Counted from the first letter of the stretch, positions 17,917 through 28,246 are shown. The stretch: DNA of 50,570 nt from an uncultured Glaciecola sp. (GCA_964559075.1 CAZLGJ010000002.1:1-50570), one strand, 5' to 3'. The notes: generated from the letters alone by a model not told the origin. Made by a program: numbers and translations.

Positions 17917-20301
17917 ATGAATAACAATACACACACACAAAAGTACCATACTGAGTTAGGACAATGTGCACACAGTGCGGGTGCTCGACGTCCATTGAAT
18001 CCGCGCAGAAATCTCGTGCACGCAGCCGTTGTTGTTGGGCTTGCTCTGTCTGGCTCAACTGCATTTGCCCAAGCGCAAAATAGCGAAATGAATAACCAAG
18101 GCCTAGAGGTGATTGAGGTAACCGCACGTAAAACGGTAGAGTCCTTGCAAGAAATTCCCGTATCAATTACTTCTTTAGGTGCCCAAGAGCTCGCCGACAA
18201 AGGCATTGCGGTAATCACCGAAATCCAACAGTTCTCACCTAACACGACCTTGCAGGCAAGTCGCGGAACTAACAACACGTTAACTGCATTCATTCGAGGC
18301 GTTGGTCAAGAAGATCCGCTTTGGGGGTATGAGCCTGGTGTGGGTATTTATATCAATGATGTGTACATCGCCAGACCACAGGGCGCGGTTCTAGATTTGT
18401 TAGATGTATCTCGTATTGAAGTATTGCGCGGTCCACAAGGCACTTTGTATGGCAAAAATACCATTGGCGGTGCAGTCAAATATATCACCAAAGAAATGAG
18501 TGGTGATACGACCTTTACCATTGAAGGTACCGTGGGCAATTACCAGCAAGTAGATGCTAAAGTAACAGGGCAGCTTCCCATCGTAGAGGATAAGCTGTAC
18601 TTAGGTTTTGGCTATGCCAATTTAACTCGTGATGGTTATGGCGAGTTTTTGCAGTCGGCATTAGATGGGCAAGATCTCGAAAACTACAATAAAGATTTGT
18701 GGGCAGGGCGCTTAGACGTTGAATTTACGCCCGCTGATGATTGGTTCATTCGTTTAAGCTATGACAAAACAGTCGATGAGTCTAACGCAAAAGGCGGTTA
18801 CCGTCTCCTACCAAGCTTACTGACGAATGCACCGGTACCGGATAGTGTATATGACTCTTATACTTCTTTGCCTACTTGGAATAAAGTAGAGCTTGAGGGC
18901 TACAGCTTGACTGTGCGTCATGACCTTAATGACAAGACGCAGCTCAAGTATATTGCAGCCAGCCGCGAAGGTTATTCTCCCACTAACATCGATTTTGATA
19001 ATACGCCGTTGGATATTTTTGATGTACCCGCTGAATACTTTGATGAGTCAACGTCACATGAATTACAGTTTAACTACAGTGATAACGATTACACGGTAGT
19101 CGGGGGACTGTATTATTACGATGGTGAATCGTGCGGTAATTTTGATGCGATTCTAAGTGGATTTGGTGTGACTCGTGAAATCACCGGCTGCAGCAACTCT
19201 GAAAGTTGGGCGCTTTATACGCAAGCCAACTTTAGCTTATCTGACAAAGTATCGATGGCAGTCGGCGCTCGTTACACAGACGAGGAACGCTCCGCAACAG
19301 TTAACAACGGCTTGTTACTTGGCAATGTCTATCCCTATGATGGTTGGATACCCGGTTATACACGTCCTGATGCCTTATTTGATGGTGAAATCGTGCCGCA
19401 AGTACTCGGCACAGACAGCGACGGCGATGGTGTATTGGATGCACCTAAAAGCGAAAGCTGGTCTCGTTTTACGCCTAGCGTGAGCATTGAATATCAAGCA
19501 CATCGAGACCTCATGTTCTTTGCTTCTTATGCGCAAGGGTTTAAGTCAGGGACGTTTAACCCGCGAGCAGGTGCCAATGAAGACGCGGTCAATCCCGAGG
19601 TAGTTGATTCAATCGAAATTGGCATGAAAAGTGAGTGGAATGACAACCTGCGTCTAAATGTTACGGTATTCGACCTCGACCATAAAGATCGTCAATATGT
19701 CTCAGTCTTACCAACAGAGGATGCGACTGTATTGGCGCAGGTTTTGGGGAATGTTGGCAAATCGTCAGCAACTGGTCTTGAAGCCGAAATCACTTACCAA
19801 GCCACTGACAATCTAACATTATCGGCTGCCTTAGGTTATATCGACGCAGAGTTTGATGAAGTATTAGAAGCGACCGAAGATGGTTTTATTAATATTGCGG
19901 ACACCTTTGAAGTATCCAATACCCCAGATACTACGTTAAACCTCGGTTTTACTTATTATATACCGGCAAGCTATGGCGAGTTTAGTATCAACGGTAACTA
20001 TTACTACCGCAGTGAATATGGTATTACCGAGCGAGTTAACTTACTCGTTCAAGACGGTTATGGATTGGCTAACTTATCAGTAAACTGGCAAGATCCTAAC
20101 GGTGAATGGTATGGTGGTTTACATATCAAAAATATCACAGGACAAGAATACTTAGTTGGCGGCTATCAGTTTGTTGCCCCAGATCCAAGTGACCCAACTA
20201 ATCGTGATTTATACACGCCAGGTCTGGGCGGTGATAATACGCTGATTGGTTATTACGGCGCGCCAATGACACTGCACCTCACGGTTGGTTACCGCTTCTA
20301 A
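17917..20301 (+). CDS. TonB-dependent outer membrane receptor
   Basis: Signal peptide ending AFA|Q, TonB box (EVIEVTARK), plug motif RIEVLRGPQGTLYGKNTIGGAV and C-terminal VGYRF; AGGAG RBS. Confidence 0.95.
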   Translation: MNNNTHTQKYHTELGQCAHSAGARRPLNPRRNLVHAAVVVGLALSGSTAFAQAQNSEMNNQGLEVIEVTARKTVESLQEIPVSITSLGAQELADKGIAVITEIQQFSPNTTLQASRGTNNTLTAFIRGVGQEDPLWGYEPGVGIYINDVYIARPQGAVLDLLDVSRIEVLRGPQGTLYGKNTIGGAVKYITKEMSGDTTFTIEGTVGNYQQVDAKVTGQLPIVEDKLYLGFGYANLTRDGYGEFLQSALDGQDLENYNKDLWAGRLDVEFTPADDWFIRLSYDKTVDESNAKGGYRLLPSLLTNAPVPDSVYDSYTSLPTWNKVELEGYSLTVRHDLNDKTQLKYIAASREGYSPTNIDFDNTPLDIFDVPAEYFDESTSHELQFNYSDNDYTVVGGLYYYDGESCGNFDAILSGFGVTREITGCSNSESWALYTQANFSLSDKVSMAVGARYTDEERSATVNNGLLLGNVYPYDGWIPGYTRPDALFDGEIVPQVLGTDSDGDGVLDAPKSESWSRFTPSVSIEYQAHRDLMFFASYAQGFKSGTFNPRAGANEDAVNPEVVDSIEIGMKSEWNDNLRLNVTVFDLDHKDRQYVSVLPTEDATVLAQVLGNVGKSSATGLEAEITYQATDNLTLSAALGYIDAEFDEVLEATEDGFINIADTFEVSNTPDTTLNLGFTYYIPASYGEFSINGNYYYRSEYGITERVNLLVQDGYGLANLSVNWQDPNGEWYGGLHIKNITGQEYLVGGYQFVAPDPSDPTNRDLYTPGLGGDNTLIGYYGAPMTLHLTVGYRF

Positions 20302-20322
20302 CCCTTGTTGTATGCATCAGCA

Positions 20323-20358
20323 CAAAAGCGTCCCATCTGTGGGCGCTTTTGCATTTTT
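20323..20358 (+). terminator. Intrinsic terminator after the TonB-dependent receptor
   Basis: CAAAAGCGTCCCA-TCTG-TGGGCGCTTTTG followed by T-rich sequence. Confidence 0.75.
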
Positions 20359-20463
20359 AAACCGTTAATTAGGTGGAGTATCTGCTAAAGGCGACTTTTC
20401 AATCCTGAAAAATCATGTTACAAACAACATAACAAATGGATATTGCCACTGTCGGAGTGACAC

Positions 20464-21126
20464 ATGAGTAAGCCTGCTCCTCGAGTTTTACAGGATCATC
20501 AGGTGCTAATTGCAGATGATCACCCTTTATTCCGCAATGCGTTGCGTTATGCGCTGTTGGGCATGACTAATAAGTTTATTGCGGAGGCTGAAAATTTTTC
20601 TCAAACTTGTCAAATACTGACGGAGCAGCCGCAGATTGATTTGGTCTTTTTGGACATCAATATGCCAGATGTCAAAGGACTTGAAGGGCTGGTAACACTG
20701 CTGAATGAATTCCCTGGCAGACAAGTGATCATGATCTCTGCTCATGAAGAGCCCGAGATTATCAGCAAAGCGTTGAGCTTAGGCGCGATTGGCTTCATTC
20801 CAAAATCCACCAAGTTAGAGGCGCTACATGCCAGTATAGAAGAGATCCTCAACGGCACCTCCATGCCGCCTAGTGAAATCACTGAAACGACCACTGAAGA
20901 TGATTTTATCCAAAAATTACAGTTATTGACCCCACATCAACTCAAAGTATTGCAGTACATGGCAGATGGGCTGTTGAATAAGCAAATTGCCTATACTATG
21001 GAGATCTCTGAATCGACGGTGAAGCAACATGCATCTGCGGTACTCAAAAAATTGGGATTAATCAACCGCACGCAAGCCGGCGTTATTTACAAACAGTATT
21101 TAGACATTAATACATCTATCGAATAG
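20464..21126 (+). CDS. NarL/LuxR-family response regulator (CrbR/ErdR-like)
   Basis: IADDHPLFRNAL, LDINMP, GFIPKS and HTH LTPHQ..VL...GLLNKQIAY...ISESTVK.H.SA. Confidence 0.9.
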   Translation: MSKPAPRVLQDHQVLIADDHPLFRNALRYALLGMTNKFIAEAENFSQTCQILTEQPQIDLVFLDINMPDVKGLEGLVTLLNEFPGRQVIMISAHEEPEIISKALSLGAIGFIPKSTKLEALHASIEEILNGTSMPPSEITETTTEDDFIQKLQLLTPHQLKVLQYMADGLLNKQIAYTMEISESTVKQHASAVLKKLGLINRTQAGVIYKQYLDINTSIE

Positions 21127-21135
21127 CGCTTGCAC

Positions 21136-24090
21136 TTAGACCAGTGTCTGAAGCGCTAATAAACGTTTAAGGGACGTGGCTTGTATGGGTTTTGCCAAAT
21201 ATTGCAAGTTCAGGTCTTTTGCGAGTTCGCGGATATTCAGCGATTTATCCGCAGTGGTCAAGATCCCAAAAGGGGGCTGCGCATCTTGTGCTTGCCAGAG
21301 TGAACAGGCGAGATCCCAAGCTACTGTGCCTAACTCGCCGTGGTCGAGATGGTAATCTACGATCAGCACATCACATGTATCTTTTGCACGCACTGCATCT
21401 AACAACGCTTGCTGCCGGTTAAACCAGCGTAACTCAACCTCCCAATGTTCGCACAGTGCGCGCATTGCGTTGGCGACTTGTGCATCATTTTCTAACAGCC
21501 AGATTGTCAGGGTGTTATCAATACTAATGGTGGGTATTCTGGATAGCTGCGATGTCGGCGTGACCGGTGCGAGTGCCTCAATATTACAACGTGGAATAAC
21601 TAAGGAAAAAAGACTGCCGTGGTGAAGGCGCGATTGTACGTTGATTTGTACATCAATCAGTGCACAAATACCTTTTACGATAGTCAGGCCAATCCCCAAT
21701 CCCTCATTGCGACTTTGTCCGTTTAGTTGGGTAAATTCTTCAAAAATATGTTGTTGTTGCTCGTGAGCAATCCCCGGCCCATTATCATAAACACAAAAAA
21801 CGACTTTATTCGCTTGGCGACGAAAGCCGCAGACGACTTTCCCGCCACCATTGGGATGACTCAATGCGGTATAGCGAATGGCGTTTGCAATCAGGTTTTG
21901 ACAACAGCGCTGCAGCAGCTTGTGGTCAGAGGTAACGAGCAATCGGCTCGGGACATAACGAAAATTTACCTGCTTACTCTGTGCAATGACACTATGCTCC
22001 TGTACCAGTGGCGCAAGCATTGCGTCAACTTTAACGGGGATGAGCTTGGCCTGAATGGCGCCAGAGTCGAGCTTAGTCACGTCCAAAATATCTTTGAGTA
22101 GGGTTTCTGCATGTTGTAAAGCGTTATGCAGATCGCTACTTAGCGGAGCCAGCTCGGTGTGTTTGGTTTTTTCCGATAAAATATTACTCAATAGCTGCGC
22201 GGCATTAAAAGGCTGCATCAAATCGTGACCAGCGGCTGCCAAAAAGCGTGTTTTACTTTTGTTAGCTGCCTCTGCTTTTTGTTTTTCAGATTCTAGTTGC
22301 TGGGTTTGTTGTGCCCATGTCAGTAACGACGCTGATGCAGATTGTCCTTGGGCGTAAGTTGCCAAGAGCATGCTGGTACTAGCAGAGCCTAGGCGGTTAG
22401 CCAGTGCATCTCGTGCTTGTGTGTATTGTTCGCTGCGACTGCCGTATTTTTTCTGTTGCATCTGCTCGATATCTTCGCTGGGCAATAGTTGCTGACAAAG
22501 TGTCAATAACTCTTCTAACGGCAGGCGTTCTCGCTTCACTTGGTCATGCGTGGTTTGTGAATTGTAGTGCGCATAATAGCGCCCGCACAGCGGCTGTATT
22601 AAGCTAACCACAGCAACGTTTAATAACACAGAGATCAACAAGTGAATTTCAAGGTGACTTGCCGATATGAACCAGCGCGCATAAATGCCATTAAACGCAT
22701 CAGGGGCAAGAATATACCCTAGCCAAATAGCAATGCCAGCGGCCATCCCTGCAACACAGGCAAGCAAGTTAACGGTACGCGTTTGCATACCCAGTACAAA
22801 ACTTGGGAATACTTGGGCGATCATCGCCAGTGCCACAAAGCCAGAGAACACCAGTTCGGTATATTTTGCGATGTATTCAAAAAACAGATAAGCGGCAATC
22901 AAAAAGCCGACAACAGTCAGTCGACGAATGAACAGGACACTGTCATGACGTAGCGAAGTAGGGCGCTCCGAGGCTTGTCGTATCTGCTTTTTGACCCAAA
23001 TCGGGCTGATAATGTTATTCGCAATCATAATACTACAGGCAATGGTTGAGACCATTATCATGGGGATCGCAGCGGCAATCACACCTAGAATCACCAAGGT
23101 CGTCAACCACGGTGCTTGTTGGGTAAACGGAATGGCTAAGGTAAAAATATCGGCGCTGATCAGTTCGTTGTTAATCAAGCTTTGGCCGGCAAGGGCGATG
23201 GGTAACACCGGCAAGCTCATCAATGCTAAAATCGCGCTAAACTGCCACCGCGCTTGAGCAAAAACATGGGGGTCGCGATTGATCACAAAGGCGATGTGAA
23301 ACTGCCGAGGGGTACAAAATACTGCAATAACGCCTAACAACATGTAACACAAATACGTCAACCATGCCGATAGGGTGTTGTTGTCACTCGAGGCAATGGC
23401 ATTCACATTGAGGTTCTCAGCAGTGTTTCTCATGACCATCATTTGTTGCATAAAGGTGGTCATGTCTGGGTAGAGGACGTACCCTAAAAACAACATCACG
23501 GCCAGCAGCGCGATGAGTTTCAGCACGGTTGCCAGTGCGGAAGTATATAGAAGTGCTTGACCCTGTTCATACAGGCTACGGTTACTGTAGCTTAGCACCC
23601 CGACGCACATAATGAGCAACCCGGTGATCCAAAATGCCAGATTGGTCGGCGCATCGAGCAGAATAAATTCACTCATGTTGGTCAAAGCAGAAAGCTGCAG
23701 CGCAATATAAGGGATCACTGACGCACATAAGATGAGCGTGATGAGCGGACTAAACCAGCTTACATGAGGCCAGCGCAGTCCCATAAAATCGGCTAATGAC
23801 GCCGTGTTGTGGCGGCGACTGATTTCACACACTTTGATTAGCGCAGTGTGCCCCAAAATCATTGTCGCAATAATGCCAGCATAGGTTGGCATCAGCGCCC
23901 ACCCATGCTGGACCGCTTGAGCAACCGTCCCGAGCATCGCCCAACTGGTACAATGAATGCCCAGTGCTAGGCTAAACAGCCGGGTTTTGGTTTGCGTTGA
24001 AGGAGTGAACTTTGGCGTTGCCCAAAATATTAAGGCAATCGCGATAAAAAAACTCACTATCAAGCCAATTAAGGTGTTCACTCCGACCAT
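21136..24090 (-). CDS. SLC5 (sodium:solute symporter)-fused hybrid histidine kinase, CrbS/MxtR-like
   Basis: N-terminal polytopic domain with LALGIHCTSW, IPYIALQL and PRQFH; H-box KTRFLAAAGHDLMQP; NLIANAIRYT, DNGPGI and GLGIGL; C-terminal REC (ENDA...DYHL...KP). Confidence 0.88.
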   Translation of the reverse strand: MVGVNTLIGLIVSFFIAIALIFWATPKFTPSTQTKTRLFSLALGIHCTSWAMLGTVAQAVQHGWALMPTYAGIIATMILGHTALIKVCEISRRHNTASLADFMGLRWPHVSWFSPLITLILCASVIPYIALQLSALTNMSEFILLDAPTNLAFWITGLLIMCVGVLSYSNRSLYEQGQALLYTSALATVLKLIALLAVMLFLGYVLYPDMTTFMQQMMVMRNTAENLNVNAIASSDNNTLSAWLTYLCYMLLGVIAVFCTPRQFHIAFVINRDPHVFAQARWQFSAILALMSLPVLPIALAGQSLINNELISADIFTLAIPFTQQAPWLTTLVILGVIAAAIPMIMVSTIACSIMIANNIISPIWVKKQIRQASERPTSLRHDSVLFIRRLTVVGFLIAAYLFFEYIAKYTELVFSGFVALAMIAQVFPSFVLGMQTRTVNLLACVAGMAAGIAIWLGYILAPDAFNGIYARWFISASHLEIHLLISVLLNVAVVSLIQPLCGRYYAHYNSQTTHDQVKRERLPLEELLTLCQQLLPSEDIEQMQQKKYGSRSEQYTQARDALANRLGSASTSMLLATYAQGQSASASLLTWAQQTQQLESEKQKAEAANKSKTRFLAAAGHDLMQPFNAAQLLSNILSEKTKHTELAPLSSDLHNALQHAETLLKDILDVTKLDSGAIQAKLIPVKVDAMLAPLVQEHSVIAQSKQVNFRYVPSRLLVTSDHKLLQRCCQNLIANAIRYTALSHPNGGGKVVCGFRRQANKVVFCVYDNGPGIAHEQQQHIFEEFTQLNGQSRNEGLGIGLTIVKGICALIDVQINVQSRLHHGSLFSLVIPRCNIEALAPVTPTSQLSRIPTISIDNTLTIWLLENDAQVANAMRALCEHWEVELRWFNRQQALLDAVRAKDTCDVLIVDYHLDHGELGTVAWDLACSLWQAQDAQPPFGILTTADKSLNIRELAKDLNLQYLAKPIQATSLKRLLALQTLV

Positions 24091-24200
24091 TGATACCTGT
24101 CCTTCCTATGACTATTTGGTCTATTAATGCGTGAATTTAAACATTACCACGAACATTGGTACAAAACCTTAAAAAATTTAGGCCTTATTTCGGTTTTTTA

Positions 24201-24228
24201 CTTGAACTGACGATTTTTATCCCCACCT
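24201..24228 (+). promoter_or_regulatory. Sigma-32 heat-shock promoter of grpE
   Basis: CTTGAA-N14-CCCCACCT. Confidence 0.85.
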
Positions 24229-24271
24229 TGCTTTTCATTAACGTCAAATGAACACCATTTCGGAGGTAAGC

Positions 24272-24940
24272 ATGAGCGAGACTGTAGAGCCGCAAAATGA
24301 CGATACTCAGCCTGAGCAAAATACCGCACAGGCCTCAGCACAAGAATCAACACCAGAGCAATCAGCTTCTGCGCGAGTAGAAGCAGGGGATGCCGGTAAC
24401 TCTGATCAAGCAGACACGGTTAAAGTTGACCCGGTTGCAGCACAAATTGCAGCGTTAGAAGCTGAGGTTGCAGCGGCTAAACAAGCCTTGCATGACCAGA
24501 AGGAAGGAGCATTACGCGCTTTAGCCGAAGGTGAAAATGCCAAACGCCGTGCCGAAGCGGAGATTGATAAGGCGCGTAAATTTGCGCTAGAAAAATTCGC
24601 AGGTGATTTGTTACCGGTGATTGACAGCTTGGATCAAGCTGTTCGCTACGCCGATCCTAACAATGAAGCCTTAAAGCCAGTGTTAGAAGGATTGGAGCTA
24701 ACCCAAAAAACTTTCAATGACACGGTCACCAAACACGGCTTAGTCGTGCTTGACCCGCAAGGTCAACCGTTTAACCCAGAACAGCACCAGGCAATGTCGA
24801 TGCAAGAAAGCGCCGAAGTTGAGCCAAATACAGTATTAGCTGTGGTGCAAAAAGGCTACGAAATCAATGGTCGTTTATTGCGTCCGGCCATGGTCATGGT
24901 GTCACAAGCACCTGCCAACAAAATCGACGTAGAAGCGTAA
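24272..24940 (+). CDS. grpE: Nucleotide exchange factor GrpE
   Basis: [31 protein letters not shown] and [14 protein letters not shown]; GGAGG RBS before ATG 24272. Confidence 0.96.
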   Translation: MSETVEPQNDDTQPEQNTAQASAQESTPEQSASARVEAGDAGNSDQADTVKVDPVAAQIAALEAEVAAAKQALHDQKEGALRALAEGENAKRRAEAEIDKARKFALEKFAGDLLPVIDSLDQAVRYADPNNEALKPVLEGLELTQKTFNDTVTKHGLVVLDPQGQPFNPEQHQAMSMQESAEVEPNTVLAVVQKGYEINGRLLRPAMVMVSQAPANKIDVEA

Positions 24941-24957
24941 TTATTTGTTATTTGGGG

Positions 24958-24986
24958 CTTGAAATAAATCTGTAATACCCCCACTA
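24958..24986 (+). promoter_or_regulatory. Sigma-32 heat-shock promoter of dnaK
   Basis: CTTGAA-N15-CCCCACTA. Confidence 0.85.
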
Positions 24987-25028
24987 ACATTGTAACTATT
25001 GAACACATATTTTTTTGAGGAAATTGCA

Positions 25029-26957
25029 ATGGGTAAAATCATTGGTATTGACTTAGGTACAACTAATTCATGTGTTGCTGTATTAGACGGCGACAAAGCA
25101 AAAGTAATTGAGAACGCTGAGGGCGATCGCACAACTCCTTCTATCATTGCGTACACCAACGATGGTGAAACGCTTGTTGGTGCACCAGCTAAGCGTCAGG
25201 CAGTGACAAACCCACAAAACACGTTGTTTGCGATCAAGCGTTTGATCGGTCGTCGTTTTGCTGACAAAGAAGTGCAAAAAGACATCGGCATTATGCCATT
25301 CAAAATCATCGAAGCAGACAACAAAGATGCGTGGGTAGAGGTTAAGGGCGAAAAAATGGCGCCACCACAAATCTCAGCTGAAGTATTAAAGAAAATGAAA
25401 AAAACCGCCGAAGACTTTTTGGGTGAAGCGGTAACCGGTGCAGTTATTACTGTTCCTGCATACTTTAATGATGCGCAGCGCCAAGCGACTAAAGACGCTG
25501 GCCGTATTGCGGGTCTTGATGTAAAACGCATCATCAACGAACCAACCGCCGCTGCTCTTGCTTACGGCATGGACAAAAAATCAGGCGACAACGTGGTTGC
25601 GGTATATGACCTAGGTGGCGGTACGTTTGATATTTCTATCATCGAAATCGACGAAGTTGATGGCGAGCACACTTTTGAAGTATTAGCGACTAATGGTGAT
25701 ACGCACTTAGGTGGTGAAGACTTTGATAACCGCGTGATCAATTATTTGGTTGCCGAGTTCAAAAAAGAGCAAGGCGTGGATTTGACTAAAGATCCGCTTG
25801 CGATGCAGCGTCTTAAAGAAGCCGGTGAAAAAGCCAAGATCGAATTATCTTCGGCACAGCAAACTGAAGTAAACTTGCCTTATATCACTGCAGATGCGTC
25901 TGGTCCTAAGCACATGGCGATTAAAATTACTCGTGCCAAGCTTGAGTCGCTAGTTGAAGATATGGTGAAAGCATCACTTGAGCCAGTCAAGCAAGCCCTA
26001 GCAGATGCGGATTTATCTGTGTCTGACATCAACGATATCATTTTGGTGGGTGGTCAAACGCGTATGCCGTTAGTGCAAAAATACGTGACTGAATTCTTTG
26101 GTAAAGAGCCGCGCAAAGTCGTTAACCCTGATGAACCAGTTGCCACAGGTGCAGCGAGTCAAGGCGGTGTATTGTCAGGTGACGTGAAAGATGTATTGCT
26201 ACTAGACGTGACGCCGTTATCATTAGGTATCGAGACCATGGGCGGCGTGATGACCGCGCTGATTGAGAAAAACACGACTATCCCAACCAAGAAGTCGCAA
26301 ACCTTCTCAACAGCCGATGACAATCAATCAGCGGTAACTGTCCACGTATTACAAGGTGAACGTAAGCAAGCGCAGGGTAACAAATCACTTGGCCAGTTTA
26401 ACCTAGAAGGCATTCGCCCAGCACCACGTGGCGTACCTCAGATTGAAGTGACGTTTGACATCGACGCTGACGGTATTTTACACGTATCGGCGAAAGATAA
26501 AGACACAGGCACTGAGCAGAAGATCACGATCAAAGCATCATCTGGTTTGTCAGAAGACGAAATTAACCAAATGGTACAAGATGCTGAAGCGAACAAAGAA
26601 GCCGATGCCAAATTTGAAGAGCTCGTACAAGCGCGTAACTCTGCTGACGGCATGGTGTCTTCAATTAAGAAGCAAATCGAAGAAGCTGGTGATGCATTAC
26701 CGGCTGACGAAAAAGAAAAAATCGAAGCGGCGATTGCGGAAGTTGAAACCGCTACCCGTGGTGACGACAAAGCTGAAATTGAAGCGAAAACACAAGCCTT
26801 GATTGAAGCATCTGCAAAATTAATGGAAATTGCGCAAGCGCAAGCGGGTGCACAAGCTGCTGGTGGTGAAGCGCCAGAGGCGGATGCGTCTGCAAAGAAA
26901 GCAGATGATGATGTCGTTGATGCTGAGTTTGAAGAAGTCAAAGACGATAAAAAATAA
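25029..26957 (+). CDS. dnaK: Chaperone DnaK (Hsp70)
   Basis: [25 protein letters not shown] and LVGGQTRMP; C-terminal DAEFEEV. Confidence 0.99.
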   Translation: MGKIIGIDLGTTNSCVAVLDGDKAKVIENAEGDRTTPSIIAYTNDGETLVGAPAKRQAVTNPQNTLFAIKRLIGRRFADKEVQKDIGIMPFKIIEADNKDAWVEVKGEKMAPPQISAEVLKKMKKTAEDFLGEAVTGAVITVPAYFNDAQRQATKDAGRIAGLDVKRIINEPTAAALAYGMDKKSGDNVVAVYDLGGGTFDISIIEIDEVDGEHTFEVLATNGDTHLGGEDFDNRVINYLVAEFKKEQGVDLTKDPLAMQRLKEAGEKAKIELSSAQQTEVNLPYITADASGPKHMAIKITRAKLESLVEDMVKASLEPVKQALADADLSVSDINDIILVGGQTRMPLVQKYVTEFFGKEPRKVVNPDEPVATGAASQGGVLSGDVKDVLLLDVTPLSLGIETMGGVMTALIEKNTTIPTKKSQTFSTADDNQSAVTVHVLQGERKQAQGNKSLGQFNLEGIRPAPRGVPQIEVTFDIDADGILHVSAKDKDTGTEQKITIKASSGLSEDEINQMVQDAEANKEADAKFEELVQARNSADGMVSSIKKQIEEAGDALPADEKEKIEAAIAEVETATRGDDKAEIEAKTQALIEASAKLMEIAQAQAGAQAAGGEAPEADASAKKADDDVVDAEFEEVKDDKK

Positions 26958-27058
26958 CGTCGACTGAGCGCAGGGCATCTTGAGTGCCCTCAATAATACA
27001 AGCGCAGCTGCTAATTGGCTTCTGCGCTTTGTTTGTAAATAAAGAATGGGAAATTTGC

Positions 27059-28189
27059 ATGTCTAAACGTGATTATTATGAAGTGCTAGGGGTCAGTAAA
27101 TCTGCTTCTGAGCGTGACATCAAAAAAGCCTACAAAAAATTGGCAATGAAGTATCACCCTGATCGTACTCAGGGCGATAAAGGCATGGAAGAAAAGTTCA
27201 AAGAGATCCAAGAAGCCGTTGAAGTGTTAACGGATGACCAAAAACGCGCGGCGTATGATCAGTACGGTCATGATGCCTTTGACCAAGCCCGAGGCGGGTA
27301 TGGCGGCGCGGGCGGCGCAGATTTTGGTGATATTTTCGGCGATGTATTTGGCGATATCTTTGGCGGTGGACGCGGTGGCGGCCGGCAACGTGCACGCGGT
27401 GGCAGTGACCTGCGTTACAACCTTGACCTGTCACTAGAAGAAGCGGTGCGCGGTAAAGAAATCGAAATCCAGGTACCAACGCTGGTGTCTTGTGATACCT
27501 GTGATGGTTCTGGCGCTAAGCCGGGCACATCACCCAAAACCTGTTCAACCTGCCATGGCTCAGGTCAAGTGCAAATGCGTCAAGGCTTCTTTGCGGTGCA
27601 GCAAACTTGCCCAACCTGTGGTGGTAAAGGCAAGGTCATTACCGATCCTTGTGGTGATTGTCACGGCCGTGGTCGCAAAGAAAAAACCAAAACGCTCTCG
27701 GTGAAGATCCCCGCAGGTGTCGATACTGGTGATCGCATTCGCTTATCCGGTGAGGGCGAAGCTGGCGAGATGGGCGCACCTCCAGGTGATTTGTACGTAC
27801 AGGTGAACGTGCGCGAGCACAAAATCTTTCAACGCGATGGCAATAACTTGTACTGCGAAGTGCCGTTGAGCTTTACCACAGCCGCGCTTGGTGGAGAGAT
27901 CCAGGTGCCGACCCTAGATGGTAAGGTCAAACTCAAAGTGGCTCCAGAAACGCAAACTGGCCGCATGTTCCGGTTGCGCGGTAAAGGCGTCAAATCAGTG
28001 CGCTCTTCTATGGTAGGCGATTTGATGTGTAAGGTCGTTATCGAAACGCCGGTAAACCTGTCAAGCAAGCAAAAAGCCTTGCTAGAGGAGTTTGAGGCTT
28101 CAATGGATGGTACAGTAGCCAAGCATCGCCCGAAGGAGCAGGGCTTCTTTGACGGTGTCAAAAAGTTTTTTGACGATTTGACCAACTAG
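27059..28189 (+). CDS. dnaJ: Chaperone DnaJ
   Basis: J domain with HPD, G/F-rich region and four CxxCxGxG repeats. Confidence 0.98.
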   Translation: MSKRDYYEVLGVSKSASERDIKKAYKKLAMKYHPDRTQGDKGMEEKFKEIQEAVEVLTDDQKRAAYDQYGHDAFDQARGGYGGAGGADFGDIFGDVFGDIFGGGRGGGRQRARGGSDLRYNLDLSLEEAVRGKEIEIQVPTLVSCDTCDGSGAKPGTSPKTCSTCHGSGQVQMRQGFFAVQQTCPTCGGKGKVITDPCGDCHGRGRKEKTKTLSVKIPAGVDTGDRIRLSGEGEAGEMGAPPGDLYVQVNVREHKIFQRDGNNLYCEVPLSFTTAALGGEIQVPTLDGKVKLKVAPETQTGRMFRLRGKGVKSVRSSMVGDLMCKVVIETPVNLSSKQKALLEEFEASMDGTVAKHRPKEQGFFDGVKKFFDDLTN

Positions 28190-28217
28190 TCTTCGCCTTT
28201 TATCTATGACAAACGAT

Positions 28218-28246
28218 AAGCCGATGTAAAAATCGGCTTTTTTTTT
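28218..28246 (+). terminator. Intrinsic terminator of dnaKJ
   Basis: AAGCCGAT-GTAAAA-ATCGGCTT followed by a long T run. Confidence 0.88.

Noticed and set aside
26438-26941. 167-aa ORF antisense to dnaK, plus similar antisense ORFs over trpD, recN, carB and the kinases
   Set aside because: They mirror the codon pattern of well-supported genes on the other strand, are Ser/Ala-rich and show no motifs or RBS; long antisense frames opposite dnaK are a known artefact.
26970-27035. Two hairpins between dnaK and dnaJ as a possible sRNA or REP element
   Set aside because: No other copies seen in the window; adequately explained as mRNA stability or partial termination elements of dnaKJ.
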